Of a DNA stretch of 64,000 nucleotides, positions 1-10,547 are shown one piece after another (position 1 is the stretch's first letter; every line of letters starts with the position of its first letter). Where the stretch lies: assembly GCA_964479005.1 (NCBI GenBank), contig CAYZJA010000001.1:32001-96000 (forward strand). Reading direction: 5' to 3'. The DNA is from an uncultured Candidatus Saccharibacteria bacterium. Lineage in GTDB: Bacteria > Patescibacteriota > Minisyncoccia > UBA6257. The notes beneath the pieces were generated by a model. The model did not search any database. It saw only the letters and a program-made list of their open reading frames with translations, and was not told the DNA's origin. Position numbers and translations under genes: made by a program.

Positions 1-2057
1 AGACTGTCTTGGATTTTCCTTGTCTTTTTACAGCTATTGTTGGTCCGAATGGTTCTGGAAAATCCAATATTGTTGATGCTGTCCGCTGGGCCTTTGGAGA
101 ACAAAGTTTTAAAAATCTTCGTATAGAGAGAGGCAGGGATTTAATTTTTTCCAGTAAAAAGAAAAATTCTTCTGCTGGATTTGCTGAAGTGGAATTAGTA
201 TTTGATAACAGCAAAAAGAATTTTCCTTTAGAAGTTTCCGAGTTAAGTATTTTAAGGCGAATTGATAAAGAAGATAATAATAGCTATTTTTTAAACCATC
301 AATCCTGCCGCCTAAAGGATATTGTTGAAGTGCTTGCTGGGGCCAGATTAGGGCTAAAAGGCCTTTCTATAATTAACCAAGGATCTATTGGGGATATTTT
401 AAAAGTTTCTTCTCAAGAAAGGAGAATGATGTTGGAAGAAAGTTTGGGATTAAAGAACCTGGAAATAAAGAAAGAAGAAGCAAAAAGAAAATTAGCAAAT
501 ACTTTGATTAATTTGGACAAAGCTCAAGCTCTTCAACAAGAAATTCTTCCTCACTTGCGCTCTTTAAAAAGGCAAGTTAGTCGTTGGGAAAAAAGAAAAA
601 AAATCAAGGAGGAATTGTTGAAGATAGAAAAGAAATACTTTGTTAATATTTATCACCAAACCCTGCAAGAAAATACTCATTCACATCTTGATATTGATAA
701 AATTAAAAAAGATATTGAGGCTTTGGAAAATGGGATTAGGGAAAAAGAAAAAGAGATTGGTTTATCAAATGAAAAATTTGATAAAAGCCTAGAAATTAAA
801 ATAAAAGACATTACCCAGCAAATTATTGATTTTCAAAACCAAAAATCAATCCAAATAAGGGCTTTAGGAAGAAAAGAAGTAAGCAGTAAATTAAATATTA
901 CAGGAGAATCTCTTGAAAAAAGGATTTTTTCTATTAAAGAAAAATTACAACCTTTATTAAGCTTTTCCAATTTAGAGGAAATAAAAAAAGAGATAAAGGA
1001 TATAATCCAGGATATAAATACTTTAATCAATTCTGGAAGCCAGGAAGAAGAAAAGGAAGAAAATCTTAAAGAAATTCAGAAAAACCTGGAGAAAATCGAA
1101 GGAGAGATAAATGGAAGAAATGAACAATTGAGTAACTGGCAGGATCAATTAAATAAAAGGGGATTGGATTTTAGAAGTAAGTTTCAAGAAATAGAGTCAA
1201 AAAGGGAAGAAAAGGAAAAACTATACAGGAAATTACAAAGAGAGGAAATTTTAAATGAAAAATTTCGTTTGCGCATGGAAGATTTTAAGAGGCGATTAGG
1301 TGAAGCTGGATTTGAATTCCAAGAAATTGAAAAACTCTATCAAAACGAAAAAAATACGCAATTAGTTTCTTTGGAAGAATTCTCTGTTTTAGAAAATAAA
1401 ATTTGGCGAAGGAAAAAAGAATTATCAGAAATGGGCGCAGAAGACGAAAATATAATAAATGAGTACGCAGATGTTTCTAATCGTTATGATTTTTTGAGCC
1501 GACAGATTGAGGATCTTAATAAAGGGGTGGAAGATCTTAATACTTTGGTAAAAGAATTAAATAATCAAATTGAAGAGAAATTCAGCAAAGCGATTAATGG
1601 AATAAATGAAGAATTTAATCACTATTTCCAACTTATATTTAAGGGCGGTTCAGCGAAATTAATTCAGGTTAAACAAGAATCCAATAATCATGATGTTGTT
1701 TGGGGGGTTGATATTAAAATTAATATTCCAAAAACGCAATTAAAAGGCATTGACATGCTTTCTGGCGGGGAAAAAACCCTAATTACTGCCTGTCTTCTTT
1801 TTGCCTTAGTTAATCAGTCTAATTCCCCATTGGTTGTTGTGGATGAAATTGATGCGGCTTTAGATGAAGAAAATAGCACCCATTTTTCTGAAATTTTAAA
1901 AGCGCTTACTAAAAATACCCAATTTATTATCATTACTCATAATAGAATGACTATGAATGCTGTTCAAATAATTTACGGAGTGACTTTATCAGAGAATGAT
2001 AGTTCCCAACTTTTTTCATTAAAATTGGAAGAAGCAAAAGCCTTGGCAGAAGAATAA
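1..2057 (+). CDS. smc: SMC-family chromosome segregation ATPase, 5'-truncated by the window edge (short coiled-coil form)
   Basis: Walker A TAIVGPNGSGKSNIVDA near the N-terminus, long K/E-rich coiled coil, C-terminal ABC signature LSGGEKTL plus Walker B VVVDEIDAALD. The frame is open back to position 1; the listed start at 9 is TTG. Confidence 0.8.
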   Translation, partial: TVLDFPCLFTAIVGPNGSGKSNIVDAVRWAFGEQSFKNLRIERGRDLIFSSKKKNSSAGFAEVELVFDNSKKNFPLEVSELSILRRIDKEDNNSYFLNHQSCRLKDIVEVLAGARLGLKGLSIINQGSIGDILKVSSQERRMMLEESLGLKNLEIKKEEAKRKLANTLINLDKAQALQQEILPHLRSLKRQVSRWEKRKKIKEELLKIEKKYFVNIYHQTLQENTHSHLDIDKIKKDIEALENGIREKEKEIGLSNEKFDKSLEIKIKDITQQIIDFQNQKSIQIRALGRKEVSSKLNITGESLEKRIFSIKEKLQPLLSFSNLEEIKKEIKDIIQDINTLINSGSQEEEKEENLKEIQKNLEKIEGEINGRNEQLSNWQDQLNKRGLDFRSKFQEIESKREEKEKLYRKLQREEILNEKFRLRMEDFKRRLGEAGFEFQEIEKLYQNEKNTQLVSLEEFSVLENKIWRRKKELSEMGAEDENIINEYADVSNRYDFLSRQIEDLNKGVEDLNTLVKELNNQIEEKFSKAINGINEEFNHYFQLIFKGGSAKLIQVKQESNNHDVVWGVDIKINIPKTQLKGIDMLSGGEKTLITACLLFALVNQSNSPLVVVDEIDAALDEENSTHFSEILKALTKNTQFIIITHNRMTMNAVQIIYGVTLSENDSSQLFSLKLEEAKALAEE

Positions 2058-2179
2058 TTTGTCAATTGCTTGCTTGACTTTCCTTTTTAAGTATTTTAAA
2101 ATAGAAATTATCCAGTGGCTAAGAGAGCGGTCGATAGCTACTTTAGTTGTTAAGTTAAGAAAATATTAATTCTGAAATC

Positions 2180-2539
2180 ATGGCAGAAACACATGTAGAT
2201 CAACAATTGCTCGAATTTATAGTTAAAAGCATCGCAAGTAATCCTGATGCAGTAAAGGTAGAGCGAAAAGTAGATGAAATGGGCGTACTCCTTTCTTTAA
2301 AAGTAGATCCTGAAGATATGGCCCAAATTATAGGCCGTCAGGGTTCAATGGCCAAAGCATTAAGGACTATTTTGAAAGTAGCTGGAGCGAAAAATAAAGC
2401 CCGAGTTAACCTCAAGATTGAAGAGCCTGAAGGCTCTTCAAGAGTAAGCCGAGAGGCTAGCGCTCCCGATTCATCAACTGATTCATCAAAAGAAGCAGAG
2501 AAAGCCGCAGATGATATTGTTGGGGATTTAAAACTCTAA
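2180..2539 (+). CDS. KH-domain RNA-binding protein (KhpA/YlqC-like) with an acidic/Ser-rich C-terminal tail
   Basis: KH GxxG motif IIGRQGSMAKALRTIL; small size; low-complexity tail. Confidence 0.65.
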   Translation: MAETHVDQQLLEFIVKSIASNPDAVKVERKVDEMGVLLSLKVDPEDMAQIIGRQGSMAKALRTILKVAGAKNKARVNLKIEEPEGSSRVSREASAPDSSTDSSKEAEKAADDIVGDLKL

Positions 2540-2564
2540 AATTACACTTAGGTGTAGTGGTAAA

Positions 2565-2630
2565 GGCGAGGAGAAATTGTTTCAAAAACACGCTAATCGC
2601 TATAGTTTTTTTCAACAACCTCTTCTCGCC
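2565..2630. repeat. Hairpin element, copy 1: imperfect ~16-bp stem around a conserved 33-nt loop (TCAAAAACACGCTAATCGCTATAGTTTTTTTC)
   Basis: GGCGAGGAGAAATTGTT ... AACAACCTCTTCTCGCC flank a loop that is almost identical to the loop of the second copy at 33657-33724. Confidence 0.6.
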
Positions 2631-2688
2631 TTTTCAATAGACAAATTTTTCCGCTTTTTTATGCTATTTGTTAATTGTTATTTGTATT

Positions 2689-3366
2689 ATGCGTTTTGAT
2701 ATTCTCACAATTTTTCCTGAGATTTTTGATTCTTATTTTGATGCTTCTATTCTGAAAAAAGCTCAAAAGAAAAGGCTTATAAAAATTCATATTCATAATT
2801 TGCGGAAATGGACGTTAGATCGCCACCAAACAACTGACGATTGTCCTTATGGCGGAGGCATGGGAATGATTTTTAAAGTGGAGCCGATTTTTAAAGCTGT
2901 AAAAGATTTAAAAAAGAAAAAAATTAAAAAATGCCGCATCATCCTTTTTTCCGCAAAAGGGAAGAAATTAACACAAAAAAAGGTAAAACAATTATCTAAA
3001 TACGACCAAATAATACTTATTTGTCCGCGTTATGAAGGCGTAGACGAGAGGGTTACTAAATATATTGCTGATGAGGAAATATCTATTGGGGAATATATTT
3101 TAACAGGCGGAGAATTGCCGGCAATGATTTTAGTTGATACTGTTAGTCGTTTTGTTCCCGGGGTTATTAAAAAAGAATCACTTTTAGAGGAATCATTTTC
3201 TATAGATTTTGAGGAAAAAGGCGAATATCCTCAGTACACAAGACCGGAAATTTTTTATCCAAATAAGAAAAAGAAAAAAATAGCTTGGCGAGTTCCTGAT
3301 ATTTTGCTTTCAGGAAACCATAAAAAGATTAAAGAATGGAGGCGTAGACATTTAAAAAGGATATGA
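2689..3366 (+). CDS. trmD: tRNA (guanine37-N1)-methyltransferase
   Basis: MRFDILTIFPEIF... and the trefoil-knot region GEYILTGGELPAMILVDTVSRFVPGV are typical TrmD. Start set at the MRFDIL methionine. Confidence 0.9.
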   Translation: MRFDILTIFPEIFDSYFDASILKKAQKKRLIKIHIHNLRKWTLDRHQTTDDCPYGGGMGMIFKVEPIFKAVKDLKKKKIKKCRIILFSAKGKKLTQKKVKQLSKYDQIILICPRYEGVDERVTKYIADEEISIGEYILTGGELPAMILVDTVSRFVPGVIKKESLLEESFSIDFEEKGEYPQYTRPEIFYPNKKKKKIAWRVPDILLSGNHKKIKEWRRRHLKRI

Positions 3367-3575
3367 TTTTTCTTTCTTTTAATACAATTGAGGGACAAAA
3401 ATATCGCATTCAAGTGGAAAAAAGCGATGAATTGCTTAAAACACTTGACAAATTTTTAAAAAAGAATAAAATAAAGACGGCAAGTATTAAAGATTGGAAG
3501 GTTGCTTTTTCTAAAGAAAAAAGCATCACTTCGCGAAGAATATCCCAATCTATTTTACACGCGCTAAAATTTTAA
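3363..3575 (+). CDS. Hypothetical small protein, translationally coupled to trmD
   Basis: ATGA start/stop overlap with the trmD stop. 70 aa, no recognisable motif. Confidence 0.4.
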   Translation: MIFLSFNTIEGQKYRIQVEKSDELLKTLDKFLKKNKIKTASIKDWKVAFSKEKSITSRRISQSILHALKF

Positions 3576-3705
3576 AATAGTCTCATTTTAGTTTCGACGT
3601 TTTTAAACAAAGCAAAAAGGTTATCATAACCTATTTTGAGCAGAGCGAGAAACAAGGTTCCGCGAAGTAGGTTCTTATTATAATTAGGAATTTTTTTGTT
3701 ATTAG

Positions 3706-6700
3706 ATGTCTAATCAACTGACAATAAAATCTTTTTCCCGTCATTCCCGGGGCATTTTAGAGCCTCCACGATTAACCCAATTTCAAACTGATTCTTTTCA
3801 GTGGTTTTTAGAAAAAGGAATACGGGAGGTTTTTAAAGAATTATTACCAATTGGGGATTATACAGGCAAAGATTTAGAATTGGCTTTTGGAGATTATTAT
3901 TTTGAACCTCCAAAAATATCTGAGATTAAAGCCAAAGAAAAAGGGTTAAATTATGAATCTACAATTCGTGTAAAGCTGCGTTTAATTCATAAAAAGACAG
4001 GTGTTGAGAGAGAACAAGAAGTATATTTTGGTGAAATTCCCGTTATGACTCCACGGGGGACTTTTATTATTAATGGTGTAGAAAAAGTTGTTATTTCGCA
4101 AATCAATCGTTCTCCAGGAGTATATTTTTCTTCTGTGAATTTTAGAGGACGAAGGCTATTTGGAGCAAAACTTATCCCTTATCATGGGGCCTGGTTAGAA
4201 TTTGAGACTGATAATGATGGGGTTATTAGCGTAAAAATAGACAGGAAAAGAAAAGTGCCAATAAGCGCTTTACTTAGGATTTTTGGCTTAAAGACAAATG
4301 ATGATATAAAAAAAGCGTTTAAAATTAAAAAAGAAAAATCTTCTATTGAATATATTGAAAGCACTTTAAAGAAAGATTTGTCTACTAATCAAGAAGAAGG
4401 TTATGTTGAAATTTATCGCCACTTACGACCCGGGGAATTAGCCACTTTTGATAATGCTTATGATTTAATTAATAATATGTTTTTCCGATCTGATAGATAT
4501 GATTTAGCTAAAGTTGGAAGGTATAAATTTAATCAACGGCTTGAGCTTGATACCTCTTTTGATGAAAGAAGTTTAAAATTAGATGATCTTGTAGCGATTG
4601 TTAAAGAAATTATCAGATTAAATGATGACCCAGAGGCTATTGATGATGACATTGATCATTTAGGAAATAGGAGAGTAAAAGCGGTTGGGGAAATTTTAAC
4701 AGAAAGATTTAGGGTTGGATTGATGCGTATGCGTCGGACAATACAAGATAGAATGGCGACTTTAGATCCTGAAACATTAGTCCCTGCCCAATTAATAAAT
4801 CCTCGACAATTAGTAGCTGTGCTGCGGGAATTTTTTAATGTTTCCCAGCTTTGCCAGTTTATGGAACAAATGAATATGCTTTCAGAATTAGAGCATAAAA
4901 GAAAAATTACTTGTATGGGTCCAGGTGGATTAGTAAGAGAAAGAGCGGGATTGGAAGTTAGGGATATTCATACCAGCCATTACGGACGTTTGTGTCCTAT
5001 TCAGACTCCTGAAGGGCAGAATATCGGTTTGGTTCTTTCCCTGTCTCTTTATGCGCGATTAAATGAGTTTGGTTTTATTGAAACACCTTATATCAAAGTA
5101 AAAAAAGCCAGGCTTACTAATGAAATAATCTGGCTCAACGCTTTTGACGAATTAAAATATAAGATTGCTCATGGCACTGTTAATGTTGATGAAAATGGAA
5201 GGATGAAAGAAGAATTAATAGGGGCAAGGGTTAAAGGGGAGCCAACTTTAATTCACAACAAAGAAATTGAATTAATTGATGTGTCTTGCCAGCAAATTAT
5301 CTCTGTTGCTGTTAGTTTAATACCATTCTTAGAGCATGATGAATCTAATAGAGCGTTAATGGGAGCGAATATGCAAAGACAGGCTGTTCCTTGTTTAAGG
5401 CCAAAAGCTCCGTTGGTTGGTACTGGAATGGAGGAAAAGATTGCTTTTGAGTCGGGCCAGTGCCTGATTAGCGATATTGAGGGAAAAGTTATTGAAGTGG
5501 ACGCAAATCATATTGTTGTAAAGACAAAGGATAAGAAAAATAGAACTTACGAATTAATTAATTTTGGCCGCAGCAATAAAAATAGTTGGTTGATGCAAAA
5601 ACCTGTTGTAAACAAAGGGGATGTTGTAAAGGAAGGAACTTTATTGGCAGATGGAGCAGCTACGGAAAACGGGGTTTTAGCTTTAGGGCAAAATTTATTG
5701 GTTGCTTTTATGCCATTTTTTGGAGCTAATTATGAAGATGCAATTGTTATTTCAGAACGAGTTTTAAAAAATGATTATTTTACCTCTGTTTATTTAGAAG
5801 AGTTTACTTGTGATGTAGTGGAAACTAAGTTAGGTCAGGAAAGCACCACTCGTGATATACCTAATGTTTCCGAAAATAAATTAAAGAACTTAGATGAGGA
5901 TGGAGTAATAATGATAGGAGCTGAGGTAAAAGGGGGGGATATTTTAGTTGGGAAAATTTCACCGAAAGGAAAAGCGGAATTAACTCCAGAAGAAAGATTG
6001 CTACAAGCTATTTTTGGAGAGCAGATGAAGGATATAAAAGATACATCTTTAACTCTTCAGCCATCTCGACAAGGCAGAGTTGTTAAAACAAAAATTCTTT
6101 CCCGTAAAGAAGGGGATAAATTAAATGTTGGCGTTATAAAAAGTATAAGCGTGGAAATTGCAGAGCTAAGAAAAACTATGGCAGGAGATAAATTATCTGG
6201 ACGGCACGGAAATAAAGGCGTTATTTCTGTTATTGTTCCTGAAGAAGATATGCCTTATTTAGAAGATGGAACTCCAATTGATGTGGTTTTAAATCCTTTG
6301 GGAATCGGCAGCCGAATGAATTTAGGGCAGGTTTTTGAAAATCATTTAGGTTTAGCAGCTCAAAAATTAGGATATAGAGCTGTTACTCCGTCTTTAGATG
6401 GTGCCACTGAGGAAGATGTAAAAAAAGAACTTGTAAAAGCCGGATTGCCAGAAGATGGAAAAATTGCTTTATATAATGGCAAAACTGGCGAGAAATTTCA
6501 TAAAGACGTAGCAGTAGGCATAATATATATAATGAAATTAGAGCATATGGTAAAGGACAAAGTTCATATGAGAGCAATTGGTCCATATTCTTTAATTACC
6601 CAGCAACCTTTAGGCGGTCGAGCTCATCTTGGAGGTCAGAGATTCGGTGAAATGGAAGTTTGGGCATTAGAAGGATATGGCGCCGCATACTCACTTCAGG

Positions 6701-6894
6701 AAATGATAACAATAAAATCTGATGATATATTTGGAAGGGGGTCAGCTTACGAAGCTATAATTACCGGGGAAAAAATTAAAAACCCAAATATCCCCGCCGC
6801 TTTTAACGTAATTCTCAAAGAATTGCAATCATTATCTTTATCAGTAAATTTGATTGGAGTAAAAAAAGAAGAAGAAACAAATAACGATAGATAG
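3706..6894 (+). CDS. rpoB: DNA-directed RNA polymerase subunit beta
   Basis: Conserved blocks across the protein, e.g. GPGGL...RDIHTSHYGRLCPIQTPEGQNIGLV and GNKGVIS. Confidence 0.97.
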   Translation: MSNQLTIKSFSRHSRGILEPPRLTQFQTDSFQWFLEKGIREVFKELLPIGDYTGKDLELAFGDYYFEPPKISEIKAKEKGLNYESTIRVKLRLIHKKTGVEREQEVYFGEIPVMTPRGTFIINGVEKVVISQINRSPGVYFSSVNFRGRRLFGAKLIPYHGAWLEFETDNDGVISVKIDRKRKVPISALLRIFGLKTNDDIKKAFKIKKEKSSIEYIESTLKKDLSTNQEEGYVEIYRHLRPGELATFDNAYDLINNMFFRSDRYDLAKVGRYKFNQRLELDTSFDERSLKLDDLVAIVKEIIRLNDDPEAIDDDIDHLGNRRVKAVGEILTERFRVGLMRMRRTIQDRMATLDPETLVPAQLINPRQLVAVLREFFNVSQLCQFMEQMNMLSELEHKRKITCMGPGGLVRERAGLEVRDIHTSHYGRLCPIQTPEGQNIGLVLSLSLYARLNEFGFIETPYIKVKKARLTNEIIWLNAFDELKYKIAHGTVNVDENGRMKEELIGARVKGEPTLIHNKEIELIDVSCQQIISVAVSLIPFLEHDESNRALMGANMQRQAVPCLRPKAPLVGTGMEEKIAFESGQCLISDIEGKVIEVDANHIVVKTKDKKNRTYELINFGRSNKNSWLMQKPVVNKGDVVKEGTLLADGAATENGVLALGQNLLVAFMPFFGANYEDAIVISERVLKNDYFTSVYLEEFTCDVVETKLGQESTTRDIPNVSENKLKNLDEDGVIMIGAEVKGGDILVGKISPKGKAELTPEERLLQAIFGEQMKDIKDTSLTLQPSRQGRVVKTKILSRKEGDKLNVGVIKSISVEIAELRKTMAGDKLSGRHGNKGVISVIVPEEDMPYLEDGTPIDVVLNPLGIGSRMNLGQVFENHLGLAAQKLGYRAVTPSLDGATEEDVKKELVKAGLPEDGKIALYNGKTGEKFHKDVAVGIIYIMKLEHMVKDKVHMRAIGPYSLITQQPLGGRAHLGGQRFGEMEVWALEGYGAAYSLQEMITIKSDDIFGRGSAYEAIITGEKIKNPNIPAAFNVILKELQSLSLSVNLIGVKKEEETNNDR

Positions 6895-6915
6895 TAATTA
6901 GTAATTAAGTAGTTT

Positions 6916-9900
6916 ATGATAAAAGACACAGAAAAAAAGGTTAGTGATTTTGAAGCGCTTGGTTTAAAAATTGCCTCTCCAGAGGAGATTTTATCTTGGT
7001 CATATATAGAAGGGAATAAGTCATACGGAGAAATTACTAAAGCTGAGACAATTAACTATCGGACTCAAAAGCCGGAAAAAGAAGGCCTCTTTTCTGAGCA
7101 GATTTTTGGACCTGTAAAAGATTATGAATGTCCTTGCGGAAAATATAAAGGCGCTCACTACAAAGGGATTATTTGCGATCGTTGCGGAGTAGAAATAACC
7201 CGTTCTTTTATTCGCAGAGAAAGGATGGGTCATATTAAATTAGCTACTCCAGTAGTTCATATTTGGTTTTTACGTAGCATTCCTTCACGAATTGCTTTGG
7301 CGCTTGATGTTCCAATGGCCGCTTTAGAAAGAGTCATTTATTACAATAGCTATATTGTAGCTTCTATAGATGAAGCCGCAAAAAAAAGAGCTTTAGATGA
7401 AATAGAATCTGAATACAAGATTAAATCAAAAACATGGCCCAAAGATAAGAAAAAAGATTTAACAAAATCCCGCAGTCAAGCGCGAATGGGATTAGATATG
7501 ATAAAGCCAAAAGCTATTTTTTCTGAAATTGATTATTTAAACCTTTCAAAAAAATATGGTGAAGTTTTCACAGCAGAAACAGGAAGTGAGCCAGTGAGAA
7601 AATTCTTGGAGCAGATAGACCTTAAAAAATTAGTTAGTGAGTTAGAAAAAGAAATTGAGAAAAAATCGCACTTAAAAAATGTTGATAAAAAACTTCTTAA
7701 TCGTCTTAAATTAGCGAAAGGGTTTTTACACTCAAAGGCGCGCCCAGAGTGGATGTTTTTAACTATACTCCCCGTACTTCCTCCTGATTTGCGTCCAATG
7801 GTTGAGTTGGATGGAGGAAAATTTGCTACATCAGATTTAAATGACCTTTATCGCCGTGTTATTAATCGTAATAATCGTTTAAAAAAATTATTAGAGCTTA
7901 GAGCACCTGAAGTTATTATAAAAAATGAAAAGAGAATGCTGCAGGAAGCAGTAGACGCTTTAATTGATAATTCTATAAGAAAAGGTTCTGGCGCTACACC
8001 TATGCATTCAGCTCAACATCGTCCGTTGCGTTCTTTAGCTGATATCTTACAAGGCAAGCAAGGGCGTTTCCGTCAGAATCTTTTAGGAAAAAGAGTGGAT
8101 TATTCAGGCCGTTCAGTAATTGTTATTGGTCCTGAACTAAAAATTCACGAATGTGGATTGCCAAAAAAAATGGCTTTGGAATTATTTAAACCATTCGTAG
8201 CTGGGGAGTTAATAAAAAGAGAAATTGTTTTTAATCCTCGCGCCGCAAACCATTTAATTGAAGAGGGGTCTGACGTTATATGGGAAATTTTAGAAAATAT
8301 AGTAAAAAATAAATACGTTCTTTTAAATAGGGCTCCTACGCTTCATCGTTTAAGCATTGAAGCTTTTCGTCCAAAATTAATCGAAGGATTAGCTATTCAA
8401 ATTCCTGCAATGGTTTGCCCTCCTTTTAATGCTGATTTTGATGGAGATCAAATGGCAGTGCATGTTCCTTTATCTGAGGAAGCTCAGAGGGAGAGTGAAA
8501 ATAGAATGTTATCAACCTTAGGATTATTAAAGCCGTCTAATGGAGAACCTGCTATGTTGCCTCGACATGAAATGGTCGCAGGTATTTATTGGTTAACAAT
8601 GGATATGACGGAGAAAGAGGTTAAAGGCGATGATTTAAAAGAAAAAATCTTTTCTGATTCAAATGATGCGTTATTAACTTATGAATATAAAAAGATCGGA
8701 CTTCAAGAAAGAATTAAGGTCCGTATTTTAAAAGAAAACAATAAATTGATTAGTACTACTGTAGGAAGAATTATTTTTAACGAGATTTTACCAGAAGACT
8801 TTCCGTTTATAAACAAACAATTGAAGAGCAAGGACATAAAAGGTATTACTAAGGATATAATCCATTATTTTAATGATTTTCATAAAAGCGCCGAAATTCT
8901 AAATAATATAAAGAAGTTAGGTTTTTATTATTCTACTTTATCAGGCGTGTCATGGGGGCTTACTGATATAAAAGTTCCTGTAAAGAAAAAAGAGATTTTG
9001 GATGAGGCATCTGCAAAAGTTGAAGAGATTACCATTCAATATGAAGAAGGGCTTTTAACTGCGCAGGAAAAGAAGATTTTAACAGAGACACAATGGAGGC
9101 ATGCCGTTGATCAAATATCAGGATTAGTTTTAAAGACTTTAGACCCGAAAGATTCAGTTTATATATTTTTTAATTCAGGGGCAAAAGGAAATTGGGCAGT
9201 GGCCGCGCAAATTATGGGTATGAAGGGATTAGTGGTTAATCCTCTTGGGCAGTTGATAGAAATGCCTATTTTATCTTGTCATCAGGAAGGGTTTAATGTT
9301 CTGGAATATTTTGCCGCTTCACATGGCGGAAGAAAAGGATTGGCTGATACTGCTTTAAAGACCTCTTTTGCAGGCTATCTCACCAGAAGATTAGTGGATG
9401 TTGCTCAAGATGTTCTTATTAGGGAAAAAGATTGCCGAACAAAAAAGGGCTTGATTGTTAATAGAAAAAAGGTTGAAGAACAAAATGAAGATTTATCAAA
9501 GAAGATTTTTGGAAGAATTTTGAGTGATAATGCTGTTGATAAAAAAGGCAAAATTATAGCTAAAAGGGGAGAATTAATGGATGAAATATTAACTAAAAAA
9601 ATAGTAGATTCTTCAGTTGGAGAAATATTAGTTCGTTCTCCAATCACTTGCGAAAGCTTAAATGGAATTTGCCAGAAGTGTTATGGGCTTGATTTAGCAT
9701 GGAGAAAACTTATTGATTTAGGAGAAGCAGTTGGTGTTGTAGCTGCTCAATCTATAGGAGAACCAGGTACCCAGTTAACTTTAAGGACATTTCATACAGG
9801 TGGAGTAGCTCAAGCCGTTGATATTACTCAAGGGTTGCCAAGAGTAGAAGAAATTTTTGAAGCCAGGATACCTAAAGGTGAGGCGCCTATGAGCGAAGTA

Positions 9901-10524
9901 GATGGAGAGATTATTGAAATAAAAAAAATAAATCATCAAAAATTTATCAGGATAAAACCAAATGACAAAAAATCTCGTGTACTTGAATATGTTATATCTG
10001 AAACAGTAACTTTATGGGTTAAAAATGGAGAAGAAGTCAAAAAAGGCGATCAGCTTTGCGAAGGGCATCTTAATCTTAAAAAACTTTTTAGGATTTTGGG
10101 CAAAAATGCTTGTCAGGAATATATATTGGCGGAAATAAAGAAAGTATATGATATTGCGGGCGAGAATATTAATAATAAGCATTTTGAGATAATCATTAAA
10201 CAAATGTTCTCTCAATTAAAAATTACACATAGTGGTGATAGTGAGTTTATTCCAGGTGAAGTGATATCTAAAAAATCTTTTCAAGAAGAAGTAGATAGAT
10301 TGAAAAGTTTAAAGAAAGAAGCGCCTAAGGGAAGCGAAATACTTATGGGAATTAAAAATGTTGCGTTGAATTCTGACAGCTTACTTTCAGCTGCGTCCTT
10401 CCAAGAAACATCAAGAGTATTAATCAGAGCTGCTGTTGAAGGAAAAAAAGATTATCTGAAAGGCCTTAAAGAAAATGTTATTATTGGCAGGTTGATTCCT
10501 GCTGGGACAGGGTTTAGGGAATAA
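6916..10524 (+). CDS. rpoC: DNA-directed RNA polymerase subunit beta'
   Basis: Zn-finger CPCGKYKG...CDRCGVE, catalytic NADFDGDQMAVHVPLS, trigger-loop region. Confidence 0.97.
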   Translation: MIKDTEKKVSDFEALGLKIASPEEILSWSYIEGNKSYGEITKAETINYRTQKPEKEGLFSEQIFGPVKDYECPCGKYKGAHYKGIICDRCGVEITRSFIRRERMGHIKLATPVVHIWFLRSIPSRIALALDVPMAALERVIYYNSYIVASIDEAAKKRALDEIESEYKIKSKTWPKDKKKDLTKSRSQARMGLDMIKPKAIFSEIDYLNLSKKYGEVFTAETGSEPVRKFLEQIDLKKLVSELEKEIEKKSHLKNVDKKLLNRLKLAKGFLHSKARPEWMFLTILPVLPPDLRPMVELDGGKFATSDLNDLYRRVINRNNRLKKLLELRAPEVIIKNEKRMLQEAVDALIDNSIRKGSGATPMHSAQHRPLRSLADILQGKQGRFRQNLLGKRVDYSGRSVIVIGPELKIHECGLPKKMALELFKPFVAGELIKREIVFNPRAANHLIEEGSDVIWEILENIVKNKYVLLNRAPTLHRLSIEAFRPKLIEGLAIQIPAMVCPPFNADFDGDQMAVHVPLSEEAQRESENRMLSTLGLLKPSNGEPAMLPRHEMVAGIYWLTMDMTEKEVKGDDLKEKIFSDSNDALLTYEYKKIGLQERIKVRILKENNKLISTTVGRIIFNEILPEDFPFINKQLKSKDIKGITKDIIHYFNDFHKSAEILNNIKKLGFYYSTLSGVSWGLTDIKVPVKKKEILDEASAKVEEITIQYEEGLLTAQEKKILTETQWRHAVDQISGLVLKTLDPKDSVYIFFNSGAKGNWAVAAQIMGMKGLVVNPLGQLIEMPILSCHQEGFNVLEYFAASHGGRKGLADTALKTSFAGYLTRRLVDVAQDVLIREKDCRTKKGLIVNRKKVEEQNEDLSKKIFGRILSDNAVDKKGKIIAKRGELMDEILTKKIVDSSVGEILVRSPITCESLNGICQKCYGLDLAWRKLIDLGEAVGVVAAQSIGEPGTQLTLRTFHTGGVAQAVDITQGLPRVEEIFEARIPKGEAPMSEVDGEIIEIKKINHQKFIRIKPNDKKSRVLEYVISETVTLWVKNGEEVKKGDQLCEGHLNLKKLFRILGKNACQEYILAEIKKVYDIAGENINNKHFEIIIKQMFSQLKITHSGDSEFIPGEVISKKSFQEEVDRLKSLKKEAPKGSEILMGIKNVALNSDSLLSAASFQETSRVLIRAAVEGKKDYLKGLKENVIIGRLIPAGTGFRE

Positions 10525-10547
10525 TTTTTAATATTTAATTTATTATT

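Noticed and set aside
833-1030. Numerous 60-150-aa antisense or alternate-frame ORFs in the track, e.g. 833-1030(-), 4182-4364(-), 6383-6586(-), 7021-7233(-), 9405-9647(-), 11693-11986(-), 12068-12364(-), 16675-16999(-), 19298-19576(-), 28984-29253(+), 29179-29607(-), 30190-30600(-), 35317-35858(-), 35549-35773(+), 39380-39879(-), 38470-38835(-), 48708-48950(-), 59740-60096(-), 60721-61089(-).
   Set aside because: All lie completely inside strongly supported CDSs on the other strand or in another frame. They are low-complexity F/L/I/S-rich translations of AT-rich DNA and have no ribosome-binding sites.
3575-3705. Hairpin AGGTTATCATAACCT upstream of rpoB as a terminator or attenuator.
   Set aside because: The stem leaves an impossibly small loop unless shortened to 5 bp, and the T-run is weak. 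It was not called.
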